Shown here piece by piece: positions 18,758 through 28,327 of a stretch of 64,000 nt of DNA. The stretch lies in contig JAFQYM010000013.1 of NCBI GenBank assembly GCA_017406465.1, positions 490 through 64,489 of the forward strand, read 5' to 3'. The DNA comes from Kiritimatiellia bacterium. GTDB taxonomy: Bacteria; Verrucomicrobiota; Kiritimatiellia; RFP12; UBA1067. A program made the translations under genes and the position numbers. Position 1 is the first letter of the stretch; every line of letters begins with the position of its first letter. Below the pieces are notes generated by a model. It searched no databases. It was not told the origin of the DNA and saw nothing but the letters and a program-made list of their open reading frames with translations.

Positions 18758-19864
18758 ATGGCCAAGGCATCATTCAAGGTCGTGGACTTCGGAGTGACGA
18801 AGTACGGCGAAAAGGCGAAGAAGTACATCTTGAACGGCGCGGGTGGCGTCGTTCTTGAAGTGAGCGACTACGGCGGGAAGGTCGTGCGTCTCTTCACGCC
18901 CGACAAGAAAGGCAAGATGAAGGACGTCGTCGTCGGCTTTGACTCGCCCGCGGGCTGGGACAACGGCGACGCGTACTGGGGCTGCATCATCGGCCGCTAC
19001 GGCAACCGCATCGCCAAGGGCCAGTTCAAGATGGATGGCAAGACGATCAAGCTTCCCGCCCTCAACAACGCGCCCGCAGGCATTGGCTGCAACCTCCACG
19101 GCGGTGCGCGCGGCTGGAACGCGTACGTCTGGGGCGCTGAGCCGTTCGTGAAGGGCGACAATGTCGGCGTCGTGTTCACGCACACGTCGCCCGACGGCGA
19201 CGAGGGCTTCCCCGGCAAGGTCGAAGTCAAGGTCACCTATACGCTTACGGCGAAGAACGTCTGGCGCGTCGACTACGAGGCGGTGACCGACAAGAAGACG
19301 CCGATCAACATGACGCAGCACGTCTACTTCAACTTCAAGGGCGAGTCCGGCGGCACGATCGAGGACCACATCCTCAAGATACCCGCCTCGAAGGTGACGC
19401 CCACGGACGCGGGGCAGATCCCGACCGGCAAGCTCGCGAAGGTTGACGGGACACCCTTCGACTTCAGGAAGGGCATGCGGATCGGCGAGCGCATCAACGA
19501 GAAGAACGAGCAGCTCGAGTTCGGACGCGGCTACGACCACAACTGGGTCCTTGACAAGGGCGAGATGATCGCCGGGAAGAAGGCGAAGGGGAAGATGAAC
19601 TTCGCAGCCGAGCTCTTCTGCCCGCTGAACGGACGGTTCGTCAAGATCTACACGACCGAGCCGTGCATCCAGATGTACTCCGCCAACTGGTGCGACTACA
19701 ACCAGACCGCAAAGGGCGGCGAGCACCTTTCGTTCCGCTGCGGCTGCGCCCTCGAGACCCAGCACGCGCCCGACTCGCCGAACAAGCCCAAGTGGCCGAC
19801 TACGTTCGTCAAGCCAGGCGAGAAGTACAAGTCCTCGACCGAATTCCGCTTCGGCGCAAGGTAA
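18758..19864 (+). CDS. galM: Aldose 1-epimerase (galactose mutarotase)
   Basis: GRYGNRIAKG, NLHGG, GDEGFPG, NMTQHVYFN, GYDHNWVL, ALETQHAPDSPN. Confidence 0.95.
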   Translation: MAKASFKVVDFGVTKYGEKAKKYILNGAGGVVLEVSDYGGKVVRLFTPDKKGKMKDVVVGFDSPAGWDNGDAYWGCIIGRYGNRIAKGQFKMDGKTIKLPALNNAPAGIGCNLHGGARGWNAYVWGAEPFVKGDNVGVVFTHTSPDGDEGFPGKVEVKVTYTLTAKNVWRVDYEAVTDKKTPINMTQHVYFNFKGESGGTIEDHILKIPASKVTPTDAGQIPTGKLAKVDGTPFDFRKGMRIGERINEKNEQLEFGRGYDHNWVLDKGEMIAGKKAKGKMNFAAELFCPLNGRFVKIYTTEPCIQMYSANWCDYNQTAKGGEHLSFRCGCALETQHAPDSPNKPKWPTTFVKPGEKYKSSTEFRFGAR

Positions 19865-21003
19865 TGAAAATACTACAGGTCCTTCCGGCGCTTGGACAGG
19901 GCGGCGTCGAACGCGGCACGCTTGAAATTGCCTCCGCGCTGACTGCGGCCGGCATCCCGAACGCCGTCGCAAGCGCGGGAGGGCGGCTTGTCCACGCGCT
20001 GGACGAATGCGGAACTGAGCACCTTCTCCTTCCCATCGACAGCAAGAACCCGTTCACGCTGCGCAAGTGCGCGAAGAAACTTGCCGAATACTGCGAGAAG
20101 GAGGACGTGACCCTGATTCATGTCAGGAGCCGTGCTCCTGCATGGGCCGTAAAGTGGGCGTCGGAAATGTGCGGGGTCAAGTGGATTGCGACATACCACG
20201 GCGTGTACGGCACCTCGCCCCGCATTTTCAAGATACCCTACAACAGGATCATGCTCAAAGGCGAGAGGACGATTGCCGTGTCCGACTACGTCCGTCGCCA
20301 CATACTCGAGAACTACAGTGGCGTGGACCCCGAGAAGATAGTCCGCATCTACCGTGGCGCTGCGACGGACGTGTTCAGTCCGGACGCAGTTCCCAAGGAG
20401 GATGCCGAGGCGAAAAAGACGAAGCAGTATGGGTTCGAGGGGGACCGTCCGGTCATTACGATAGCCGGTCGCCTCACGCGTCTGAAGGGGCAGGAGGTGT
20501 TCTTCGAAGCCCTGTCGATGATGCGCAACCGCCGCTTCGGAGTCCTGGTCCTTGGTTCGGACCAGGGACGCGTCGAGTATTCCGACCATCTGCGCACGAT
20601 AGCCGGGAAGCTTTCGGACGAGACGCGGGTCGTGTTCCGCGACCACACCTCGCAGATGCAGGTGGTGTATGCGCTGAGCGACATAGTGGTAAACGCATCG
20701 ACCCAGCCCGAATCGTTCGGGCGCACGATCACCGAGGCGCAGGCGTCTGGCTGCCTTGTCCTGGCGACGGCGCACGGCGGGGCGTGCGAGACGGTGAAGG
20801 ACGGCGAGACGGGCTTTCTCGTTCCCCCGGGCGACGCAAAGGCGATGGCCGCGAAGCTCGACGAGATGCTTGAGATGTCAGCCGAGGCCAAGGCCAAGAT
20901 GTGCGCCGCGGCGGTGGAGTCCGTGAGGTCGAATTTCTCTACCGCGCGCATGTGCGAGGAGACGCTGGCGCTTTACCGCGAGCTGCACGGGGAGGGGAAA
21001 TGA
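19864..21003 (+). CDS. Glycosyltransferase family 4
   Basis: MKILQVLPALGQGGVERG, HVRSRAPAW, GRLTRLKGQ, PESFGRTITEAQASG; ATG overlaps the galM stop. Confidence 0.92.
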   Translation: MKILQVLPALGQGGVERGTLEIASALTAAGIPNAVASAGGRLVHALDECGTEHLLLPIDSKNPFTLRKCAKKLAEYCEKEDVTLIHVRSRAPAWAVKWASEMCGVKWIATYHGVYGTSPRIFKIPYNRIMLKGERTIAVSDYVRRHILENYSGVDPEKIVRIYRGAATDVFSPDAVPKEDAEAKKTKQYGFEGDRPVITIAGRLTRLKGQEVFFEALSMMRNRRFGVLVLGSDQGRVEYSDHLRTIAGKLSDETRVVFRDHTSQMQVVYALSDIVVNASTQPESFGRTITEAQASGCLVLATAHGGACETVKDGETGFLVPPGDAKAMAAKLDEMLEMSAEAKAKMCAAAVESVRSNFSTARMCEETLALYRELHGEGK

Positions 21004-22037
21004 AGAAGTCGCCGCGCATACTGTTCGTCGGCAACTTCCTGATTCGGCACTGGGGCGCGGGCCGCAGCGGCATCGACATGCGCCTCGAGGCCGGAGCGCT
21101 TAGGAACGGGTGGCAGGCGCTGACGTTCTCGGAGCGCGACATAGCCCGCTTCCTCGCGCCGCTTGGGTTCATGCGCGGCATCGGGGCGAAGATGATGAAT
21201 GCGCGTCTCGTCAAGACAGTGGCCAACTGGAAGCCCGACTTCGTCTTCATCGCCCATTGCGACTACGTGACGAACGAGGCAATCGAGGAGATGCGCAGGG
21301 TCGCGCCTGGCGTGAGGATAGTCCACATCAACTGCGACCCGCTGGCGAAGGAGCACTGCTGCGACCAGATAAGGCGGCGCGTGAACTCCTGCGACGCGAT
21401 CTTCGTCACGACCGCAGGCGAAAAGCTGAAGGAGTGGACCACCGGCAGGAACATCGTCGGGTTCTATCCGAACCCCAGCGACCCGTCATACGAGACAGAG
21501 GACAATTCGCTCAAGACCGAATTCACGTACGACCTTTTCTTCGCGGGGCGCCCTGCGGACGACGACGAGAGGAAGGACGTGCTGGCGGAGCTGCTCCCGA
21601 AGGTCGACAAAAACGTCAGGCTGGGGTTCTTCGGCATGGGCCGACCGCTTGTCGTGGGCCGTGCGTACGAGGAGGCGCTGGCCGCGTCGAAGATGGGGCT
21701 TTCCATCAATCGCTTCGAGGGCTGGAAGTGGTATGCGTCCGATCGCATTACGCACCTCATGGCAAACGGAATCCTGACCTTCCAGTACGACGGCAATTCG
21801 ATGCAGGACTTCTTCACGAAGGACGAGACCGTGTTTTTCCACTCGCCTGACGATCTTGCGGAGAGGATAGCCTGGTACAACACGCACGACGAGACGAGAC
21901 GCGTAGTCGCGGCGGCGGGGATGCGAAAGTACCGCCGGCTTTTCGACGCAAAGCGCGTCGTCAAGTATCTCGTCGAGACGACGGCGGGCGAATCGCATTC
22001 CGAACCCTACGAATGGGCGAAGGAGGTCTATTCGTGA
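21000..22037 (+). CDS. GT-B glycosyltransferase (CgeB/Glyco_trans_1_2-like)
   Basis: YDLFFAGR, SKMGLSINR, YASDRITHLMANG, DLAERIAWY. Confidence 0.8.
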   Translation: MKKSPRILFVGNFLIRHWGAGRSGIDMRLEAGALRNGWQALTFSERDIARFLAPLGFMRGIGAKMMNARLVKTVANWKPDFVFIAHCDYVTNEAIEEMRRVAPGVRIVHINCDPLAKEHCCDQIRRRVNSCDAIFVTTAGEKLKEWTTGRNIVGFYPNPSDPSYETEDNSLKTEFTYDLFFAGRPADDDERKDVLAELLPKVDKNVRLGFFGMGRPLVVGRAYEEALAASKMGLSINRFEGWKWYASDRITHLMANGILTFQYDGNSMQDFFTKDETVFFHSPDDLAERIAWYNTHDETRRVVAAAGMRKYRRLFDAKRVVKYLVETTAGESHSEPYEWAKEVYS

Positions 22038-23647
22038 TCTTCGAGGCGTTCAGGAAGTTTCGCGTAGAGCGGCCAAACGCCCCTGCGTTTCTCGTCTCGT
22101 CGGGCGACAGGTCGGTGCCGATTTCGTGGAAGCAGTTCACTGACGACATCGCGGCCGTCGTGTGGGCGATCGGGAAGTACTGTCCCCGCGCCAAGATCGG
22201 GATTCTCGGCGAGAACTCCTACCAGTGGATTGTCGCCCACGCCGCGTGCCTTCTCTCTGGCTCGTGCGCCGTTCCGCTCGACGTGAACCTTTCGGCGGAC
22301 GAGATATGCGAGCGGCTTGCTTTCGTCGATGCGAAGACGCTTGCCCATTCGTCGCTTCACGGCGACAAGGCGCTCGAGGTCGCGCGTCGCATGCCGAACA
22401 TCCTGCGCGTCGGCTTCAGCTCGCTTGCCGCCGACAGCTTCATGGAGGGCGGACATACCGACGAGGCGTTCGCCCTTTGGGATGGCCCTGGCCCGCAGAG
22501 GGTCGAGGAGGATGGAGCCCCGACTGTCGCGACTATGGTCTTTACGAGTGGAACGACGACCGTTCCGCGCGGCGCGGAGCTTACGCTCGCGGCGATAGAG
22601 TCGTTTGCGGAGTCTGGTAGCAAGGTGCTCCCGATGGGTGTAAACGATCGTTCGCTCATGCTTCTTCCGCTACACCACATTTTCGGAATCGCGGCGACGT
22701 ACCTGATGCTCGTCAATGGCGTTGCGCTTGGCGTCTGCCCCGACTTCAGGCGCATATACGACGCGGTGAACCGCTTCCGCGTGGACTTTGCGTTTCTTGT
22801 TCCCGCGCTTGCCGACATCCTCGCGGCGAAGTGCGAGCAGCACGGCGTCAGGGGGCTTAAGTGGGTGCTTGTCGGCGGTGCGCCAATCTCGTCGCGCACG
22901 GAAGACCGACTTGCGGCGCTCGGCATCCGCGTGCTGACTGGCTACGGCCTCACCGAGACGGCTGCGCTCTTTTCGCTTGCGCCGTACGGCGAGCCGTCGC
23001 GTCGCGGAAGCGCGGGAAAGGTCTCTCCGCTTCCAAGCGTGGAGACGAAAGTGGCGGAAAACGGCGAGCTCATGGTGCGCGGGCCGAACGTTATGCTGCG
23101 CTACCATCGCGAGCCCGAGGAGACGTCCGCTGTGCTTTCGCCCGATGGCTGGTTTAGGACGGGCGACATCGGGCGCATAGACACCGACGGATACGTCTGG
23201 ATTACTGGCAGGGCAAAGCGCACGATTGTCCTCTCGTCCGGCAAGAAGATCGCGCCCGAGGAGCTTGAAGGGCTTCTGCTTTCGTGTCCTGGAATCGTGG
23301 AGGCCGTCGTGACGGGAGAGTCCGAGAGCCGCACGGTGACGGCCGAGATTTTCGCGGAGATTTCCGAAGCCGAGGTCCGTGGCGCAGTTGCCGCGGTAAA
23401 CCGGACGCTGCCCATATACAAGCGCATAAAGCGGGTGGTCGTGCGCGGTGCGCCGTTTCCTCGCACGTCGTCTGGCAAGATTCGGCTTCCCGTCGCGCCG
23501 CCGCCCAAGTCGCGGCAGAAGGGCCGCCATCCGCTACCCGTTCCGCACGGCTGGTGGCTCGCGCTTGCGCTTCTCGCCATTGTCGCGCTTGCGCTTGTCG
23601 TCATAGCCGTCTGCTTCATACTCTTCCTTTCTACTGGAGCCGAATGA
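22034..23647 (+). CDS. Long-chain acyl-CoA/ACP synthetase-like adenylate-forming enzyme with C-terminal TM helix
   Basis: FTSGTT, GYGLTET, GELMVRGPNVM, GWFRTGDIG, PRTSSGKI; AGGAGG SD before GTG 22034. Confidence 0.9.
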   Translation: MIFEAFRKFRVERPNAPAFLVSSGDRSVPISWKQFTDDIAAVVWAIGKYCPRAKIGILGENSYQWIVAHAACLLSGSCAVPLDVNLSADEICERLAFVDAKTLAHSSLHGDKALEVARRMPNILRVGFSSLAADSFMEGGHTDEAFALWDGPGPQRVEEDGAPTVATMVFTSGTTTVPRGAELTLAAIESFAESGSKVLPMGVNDRSLMLLPLHHIFGIAATYLMLVNGVALGVCPDFRRIYDAVNRFRVDFAFLVPALADILAAKCEQHGVRGLKWVLVGGAPISSRTEDRLAALGIRVLTGYGLTETAALFSLAPYGEPSRRGSAGKVSPLPSVETKVAENGELMVRGPNVMLRYHREPEETSAVLSPDGWFRTGDIGRIDTDGYVWITGRAKRTIVLSSGKKIAPEELEGLLLSCPGIVEAVVTGESESRTVTAEIFAEISEAEVRGAVAAVNRTLPIYKRIKRVVVRGAPFPRTSSGKIRLPVAPPPKSRQKGRHPLPVPHGWWLALALLAIVALALVVIAVCFILFLSTGAE

Positions 23648-24648
23648 GATTGCGTCGCAGAGAGAAGAGGCTTCTGAGGGCCATGCGCATCCCGTTTGAG
23701 TGGGCGGGCGTCTTTCTCGGCTACCTTGTCCTTTCGAACTTGCCTCGTCGCGCAATGCTCGCCGTGTGCGACTTGGCTGCAGGTATTATGTACTTTTTCG
23801 ACAGGCGAGGGCGTTCGCTTGCGCTCGCCAACCTGCGAATCATCTATGGGCGCGACGTCGTTGGTGCAGATAAGATCGTGCGCCGCTCCTACCGCAGCAT
23901 GGCGAGAACCGTCGGGCACGCGTTCTGGACTTGCCGCAACGCGAAGGCGCGCGCGGCCGCAGCGGGCGAGATGAGCGAGGAGGGGAAGTCGTTCCTCGCT
24001 GCGAACCGACCTGCCGTCACAGTGTCGGCGCATCTTGGCTGCTGGGAGATACTTTCGCAGCTTGCGTTCCTCGAGGGGCATCGGATGATGTCGGTCGCAA
24101 AGGACATCGGTACAAGCGGCATGACGCGTTTTCTCATGAAGGCGCGGCGTTCTATCGGGCAGGAGATCGTCCATGCAGACGGCGCGTTCCGTCCGCTGAT
24201 GCAGGGACTTAAGGACGGCAAGTCTCTTGGTCTTCTCGTCGACCAAGTCGTGAAGCCGAAGAACGGCGGAATTTGGGTACGTTTCTTTGGGATGCCAGTG
24301 CCGGTTTCGGCCGCGCCTGCGTTCTTCGCGGCGAAGGGCAAGGCGCCTGTGGTCATTGCTTGGAGCCGTCCGCTGAGGGACGGGCGCTGGCGCTGCGAGG
24401 TTATCAGTTCCTATCGACCGGAAGAGGCCCGCGACATCTGGGGATTTACGCAGAAATGCATCCACGACTTGGAGTGCGTCATCCGCCGCCATCCATCGTG
24501 CTGGGTGCTCAACTACCGCTATTTCAGAAAGACGCCAAATGCACAGGAGCTCGCGCAGCTTGAGAGCCGCGGGAGTGCGGTGACTGCAATGGCAACCGGC
24601 AAGAGGAAGATTATTAATGGGCAGGCTCACGAAGGGGATATACGATGA
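23644..24648 (+). CDS. lpxL: Lipid A late acyltransferase (LpxL/HtrB family)
   Basis: ALANL, SAHLGCWE, LLVDQ, VRFFG, IRRHPSCWVLNYRYFRK. Confidence 0.85.
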   Translation: MRLRRREKRLLRAMRIPFEWAGVFLGYLVLSNLPRRAMLAVCDLAAGIMYFFDRRGRSLALANLRIIYGRDVVGADKIVRRSYRSMARTVGHAFWTCRNAKARAAAAGEMSEEGKSFLAANRPAVTVSAHLGCWEILSQLAFLEGHRMMSVAKDIGTSGMTRFLMKARRSIGQEIVHADGAFRPLMQGLKDGKSLGLLVDQVVKPKNGGIWVRFFGMPVPVSAAPAFFAAKGKAPVVIAWSRPLRDGRWRCEVISSYRPEEARDIWGFTQKCIHDLECVIRRHPSCWVLNYRYFRKTPNAQELAQLESRGSAVTAMATGKRKIINGQAHEGDIR

Positions 24649-26834
24649 TCAAGTTGTTCGTTAAGGTCGCGATGCTTTTCGTGTTTTGGAGGCCGGCGAA
24701 ATGGCGCAAGAACTTCAAGATGAAACTGGAATCGCGTCTGTATTCAGGGGCGATCCGCCGCCGGGCGAAGAAGTGCGGACCGTACCTGAATGTACTCGGC
24801 CCAGGCGTCAACGTGACGCCGTACACGACGATTGGCGCGGGCGTCGGGTTCGGCAAGGACGTGAAGATCAGGGGCGACGGCCCCGTTTTCATCGGGAAGT
24901 TCACCGCGATAGCGGAGGATACCCTGATCTACACCCAGGTGCACGACTACGACAGCTCGGATATGATTCCGTTCGGCGGCGGTTTCACGTATCCCGAGAC
25001 GCATATAGACGACTATGCGTGGATAGGCATGAGGTCGATCATCCTGCCCGGTGCGCACATAGGCGAAGGTGCGATCGTTCAGGCGGGGAGCGTGGTGATG
25101 GGCAAGGTCCCGCCTTGTGCAATCGTTGCGGGCAACCCGGCGAAGGTAATTGGATGGCGAGACATGGACCACTATAACAAAATCAAGGTGGCCATAGGAG
25201 AAAAGCCGGTGAAGCCCCCTGAGGGGGAGTTTAAAGTTGAAAGTTCAGAGTTGAAAGTTGAAAGCTCGAAGTCGAGGGTCGAAAGTTCGAAGTTGCATGA
25301 CGATCGACTTACCGACATATTCTGCGGCGTGTTCTCCGTAACGCCGGAAGAGGCCGTTGCGATGAAATACAAGGAGCATCCGGCATGGGACTCGGCCGGG
25401 CAGATGGCGCTTGCCTCGGCGCTTGAGCGTGAGTTCGCCCGTGCGCTCTCGCCTGAGGAAATCTACCGCCTCAGGTCTTATGCCGACGCACTGGACATCG
25501 TAAAGCCAAAGGTCGAAAGTCAGAAAGCTCCCGCACCAGGCACCAGGCACCAGGCACCAAGCACCGTCTTCGACCTTGACCGCGACGGAATCGCGGTGAT
25601 CGACGATGGCAGGGAGGTGTCCTACCGCGAGCTGTCGAAGCTCTCCGCCGATGCCGCGAAGGGGCTTGAGCCGCAGACGGTGAAGGTCGTAGTTAACGGA
25701 CAGGACCTCGCGACCGTCGCGCTGTTCGTCGGGTGCGTCAACAAGGGCGTTGTTCCGCTGATGGTTCCGGCGACCATGGACGCGGCGCTTCTTGAAAGGC
25801 TTCGCTCGACCTACGACGGCAAGCCGACGTCGCAGGAGCTGGCGCTTCTCCTCACGACGAGCGGCTCGACGGGAAGCCCCAAGCTCGTGCGCATCTCCCG
25901 CGCGAACCTCAAGGCGGACAACAAGATGAGCGAGCGGCTTTTCGCGCTCGATTCCGCGACGCGCATGACGATGATACTTCCGATATGCTATGCGTGGGGC
26001 CTGTCTGTCGCGTGCGCCGTCCTTGAGGCAGGCGGAACTCTCGTCATGACGCGGAAGACCGTGATGGACGCGGAGCTCGCGGACGTGATGCTCTCGTCGA
26101 GCGCGACGCACCTTGCCGGCGTTCCGTACATGTACGAGATGCTAGACCGCTTCCGCTTCTTCGAGAGGAGCTTCCCGTCCCTTAAGGGGCTTCTTGTCTC
26201 CGGCGGTGCGCTCGCACCGGCGCTGAGGCGGAAGTTCGCCGAGGAAGCGAAGGCGCATGGAATATCGTTCTGCGAAGCGTATGGGCAGACCGAGACTACG
26301 GGCGCGATGTCGGCAATCAGGACCGACCTCTTGCCGGAGTGCATCGGCTCGATCGGGAAGGTCGGTGAAGGCGGTCGCTTCTCGCTCAAGGATGGCGGCG
26401 AACTCGTGTACGAAGGCGATATTGTCGCGATGGGCTATGCGACGTGCGCCGAGGATCTTCTCAAGGGCGACGAGTGGAGGGGCGTGCGCGAGACCGGCGA
26501 CATTGCGGCGATAGACGCGGAGGGATACGTAACCCTCACCGGACGTGCGTCGAGGTTCGTCAAGATATTCGGGAACCGTGTAGCGCTAGACGAGGTGGAG
26601 AACATACTGAAGGACGCGTTCCCCGCTTCGTCGATCGCGGCGACTGGCGCGGACAACGACCTGCACGTGTTCGCCACGGCGGCGTCGGCGGAGGAGATAG
26701 AGAGGATGCTTGTCGCAAAGCTGCATTTCAACGCGACCGTGATGAAGGTTCACGTGCTGGATTCGATTCCGCTCAACGCGAACGGCAAGACTGACTACCA
26801 AGGATTGAAGGAGCTATGGTTGCTGAAGAAATAG
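24645..26834 (+). CDS. Fusion: hexapeptide (LbH) acyltransferase - acyl carrier protein - adenylation domain
   Basis: IDDYAWIG..IILPGAHIGEGAIVQAGSVV..VP...IVAGNPAKVI; ACP motif WDSAGQMAL; LLTTSGSTGSPKLVR, YGQTE, ETGD, PLNANGK. Confidence 0.88.
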   Translation: MIKLFVKVAMLFVFWRPAKWRKNFKMKLESRLYSGAIRRRAKKCGPYLNVLGPGVNVTPYTTIGAGVGFGKDVKIRGDGPVFIGKFTAIAEDTLIYTQVHDYDSSDMIPFGGGFTYPETHIDDYAWIGMRSIILPGAHIGEGAIVQAGSVVMGKVPPCAIVAGNPAKVIGWRDMDHYNKIKVAIGEKPVKPPEGEFKVESSELKVESSKSRVESSKLHDDRLTDIFCGVFSVTPEEAVAMKYKEHPAWDSAGQMALASALEREFARALSPEEIYRLRSYADALDIVKPKVESQKAPAPGTRHQAPSTVFDLDRDGIAVIDDGREVSYRELSKLSADAAKGLEPQTVKVVVNGQDLATVALFVGCVNKGVVPLMVPATMDAALLERLRSTYDGKPTSQELALLLTTSGSTGSPKLVRISRANLKADNKMSERLFALDSATRMTMILPICYAWGLSVACAVLEAGGTLVMTRKTVMDAELADVMLSSSATHLAGVPYMYEMLDRFRFFERSFPSLKGLLVSGGALAPALRRKFAEEAKAHGISFCEAYGQTETTGAMSAIRTDLLPECIGSIGKVGEGGRFSLKDGGELVYEGDIVAMGYATCAEDLLKGDEWRGVRETGDIAAIDAEGYVTLTGRASRFVKIFGNRVALDEVENILKDAFPASSIAATGADNDLHVFATAASAEEIERMLVAKLHFNATVMKVHVLDSIPLNANGKTDYQGLKELWLLKK
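25230..25292 (+). repeat. Nine degenerate TTGAAAG heptamers in an interdomain linker
   Basis: tttaaag ttgaaag ttcagag ttgaaag ttgaaag ctcgaag tcgaggg tcgaaag ttcgaag (63 nt, in frame). Confidence 0.8.
25533..25565 (+). repeat. GCACCAG heptamer tandem repeat in an interdomain linker
   Basis: (GCACCAG)3 GCACCAA GCACC. Confidence 0.85.
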
Positions 26835-28327
26835 ATAATCTGTTGAAGAGCGGTGCGGCGAAGCGGCTTGGCATCGGGTCGCGGCGGGCGTGCTACGCCC
26901 TGCCCGACGGGCGTCTTTGCGTCAAATGCTATCGCAGCGACGCCGAAATCGCCGAAGGCAAGCATCCGGGACGTCTGCCGTTCAAACCCATCGCGCCGGC
27001 GGTTGCACAGGAGATATCCCGCTTCCGCTTCGACGAGAAGCACAACACGTGTTGTCAGGAGTACGCATACTGGAAAAAGCTGAAGGAACGCCTTGCGCCT
27101 GACGACATGGCGTTCCTCCCGTCTGTCATGGAGAAGATACTCGTCCCCTCGAGGGGATGGTGCGTGGTAGAGGAACTGATATCAAACGCCGACGGATCTC
27201 GGGTGAGGAAATTCCATGAGGAGTGGATGTTGGCGGATGGGGAGATGCGCGCCAGGATGGTTGAATCGCTGGATGCGTTCGCGAAGTTGATAGAGCGTCA
27301 CGCCATCCGCATATATGATCCGCAGAACATACTTGTACAGAAGCTCGCCGACGGTTCCATAAGGCTTCGTGTGACGGATTTCGAGCCGGCTTCGAGGACG
27401 CTTGTATCGTTCGACCGCCTGTCGTCGGCGATAGCGAGAATGAAGATACGGCGACGCATGGCGCGCTATCGCCGTTTATTCGGCATATACAAGGACTCGA
27501 ATGTCCCCTCTGTCGCCGCATTGCGGGCTTTGCCGCCAGTGAACGTGCTATGCATGAAGTGGGGGGACTACTACACGGCGGATTACGTGAACAGGCTGTA
27601 TGCCGGGGTTCGGCGCAATCTCGTGCGGCCGTTTCGCTTTGTGTGCATGACGGACGACTCGACGGGATTCGCGCCGGGCATCGAGGCGGTGCCTTTCCCC
27701 GACGATCCGAAGGTGCCTGGCAAGCACTTTCCGCGCGAATGGCCGAACATCTTTGCGAAGCTTGCCGTGTTCAAGGATGGATTCGCCAACCTTTCCGGGC
27801 CGACGCTTTTCCTCGACGTTGACATTCTCATAACAGGACCGCTCGACCGCTTCTTTGACTACAAGCCTGGCGAATTCTGCATAATACACAACTGGGTGGA
27901 GAGGCGCAAGTCGCTGTTTCGCAAGGCGCCTGACATTGGCAACTCTTCGTGCTTCCGCTTCGAGGCTGGCAAGTCCAACGGAGTATGGGAGACGTTCATC
28001 CGGGAGAAGGACATCCCCGGACAGGCCGAGAAGTTCTGGCTTGGGTCGCAGAAATTCCAGACATACGCGATGATGAAGACGGGCAAGGTGAATTGGTGGC
28101 CGTCCGACTGGGTGTGTTCCTTCAAGAGACAGCTCGTGCCAGTGTTTCCGCTGAACAAGATATTTGTCCCATGGCGTCCGCCGAAGAGCGCCTCGATAGT
28201 TGCGTTCCATGGACAGCCTGACCTCCCGCAGGCTCTCGCAGGTTATTATCGCAAATACGACAAACCGGCCAAGATGCACCTCACCTGCAAGCCGACGAAA
28301 TGGATCTTGGAATACTGGCATGAGTGA
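26816..28327 (+). CDS. YrbL-like kinase domain fused to a glycosyltransferase
   Basis: LGIGSRRACY..P...LCVK, IYDPQNILV, VTDFE; GT part NVLCMKWGDYY..YVNRLY..VRRNL, FLDVDI, GNSSCFRF, IVAFHGQP. Confidence 0.8.
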   Translation: MVAEEIDNLLKSGAAKRLGIGSRRACYALPDGRLCVKCYRSDAEIAEGKHPGRLPFKPIAPAVAQEISRFRFDEKHNTCCQEYAYWKKLKERLAPDDMAFLPSVMEKILVPSRGWCVVEELISNADGSRVRKFHEEWMLADGEMRARMVESLDAFAKLIERHAIRIYDPQNILVQKLADGSIRLRVTDFEPASRTLVSFDRLSSAIARMKIRRRMARYRRLFGIYKDSNVPSVAALRALPPVNVLCMKWGDYYTADYVNRLYAGVRRNLVRPFRFVCMTDDSTGFAPGIEAVPFPDDPKVPGKHFPREWPNIFAKLAVFKDGFANLSGPTLFLDVDILITGPLDRFFDYKPGEFCIIHNWVERRKSLFRKAPDIGNSSCFRFEAGKSNGVWETFIREKDIPGQAEKFWLGSQKFQTYAMMKTGKVNWWPSDWVCSFKRQLVPVFPLNKIFVPWRPPKSASIVAFHGQPDLPQALAGYYRKYDKPAKMHLTCKPTKWILEYWHE

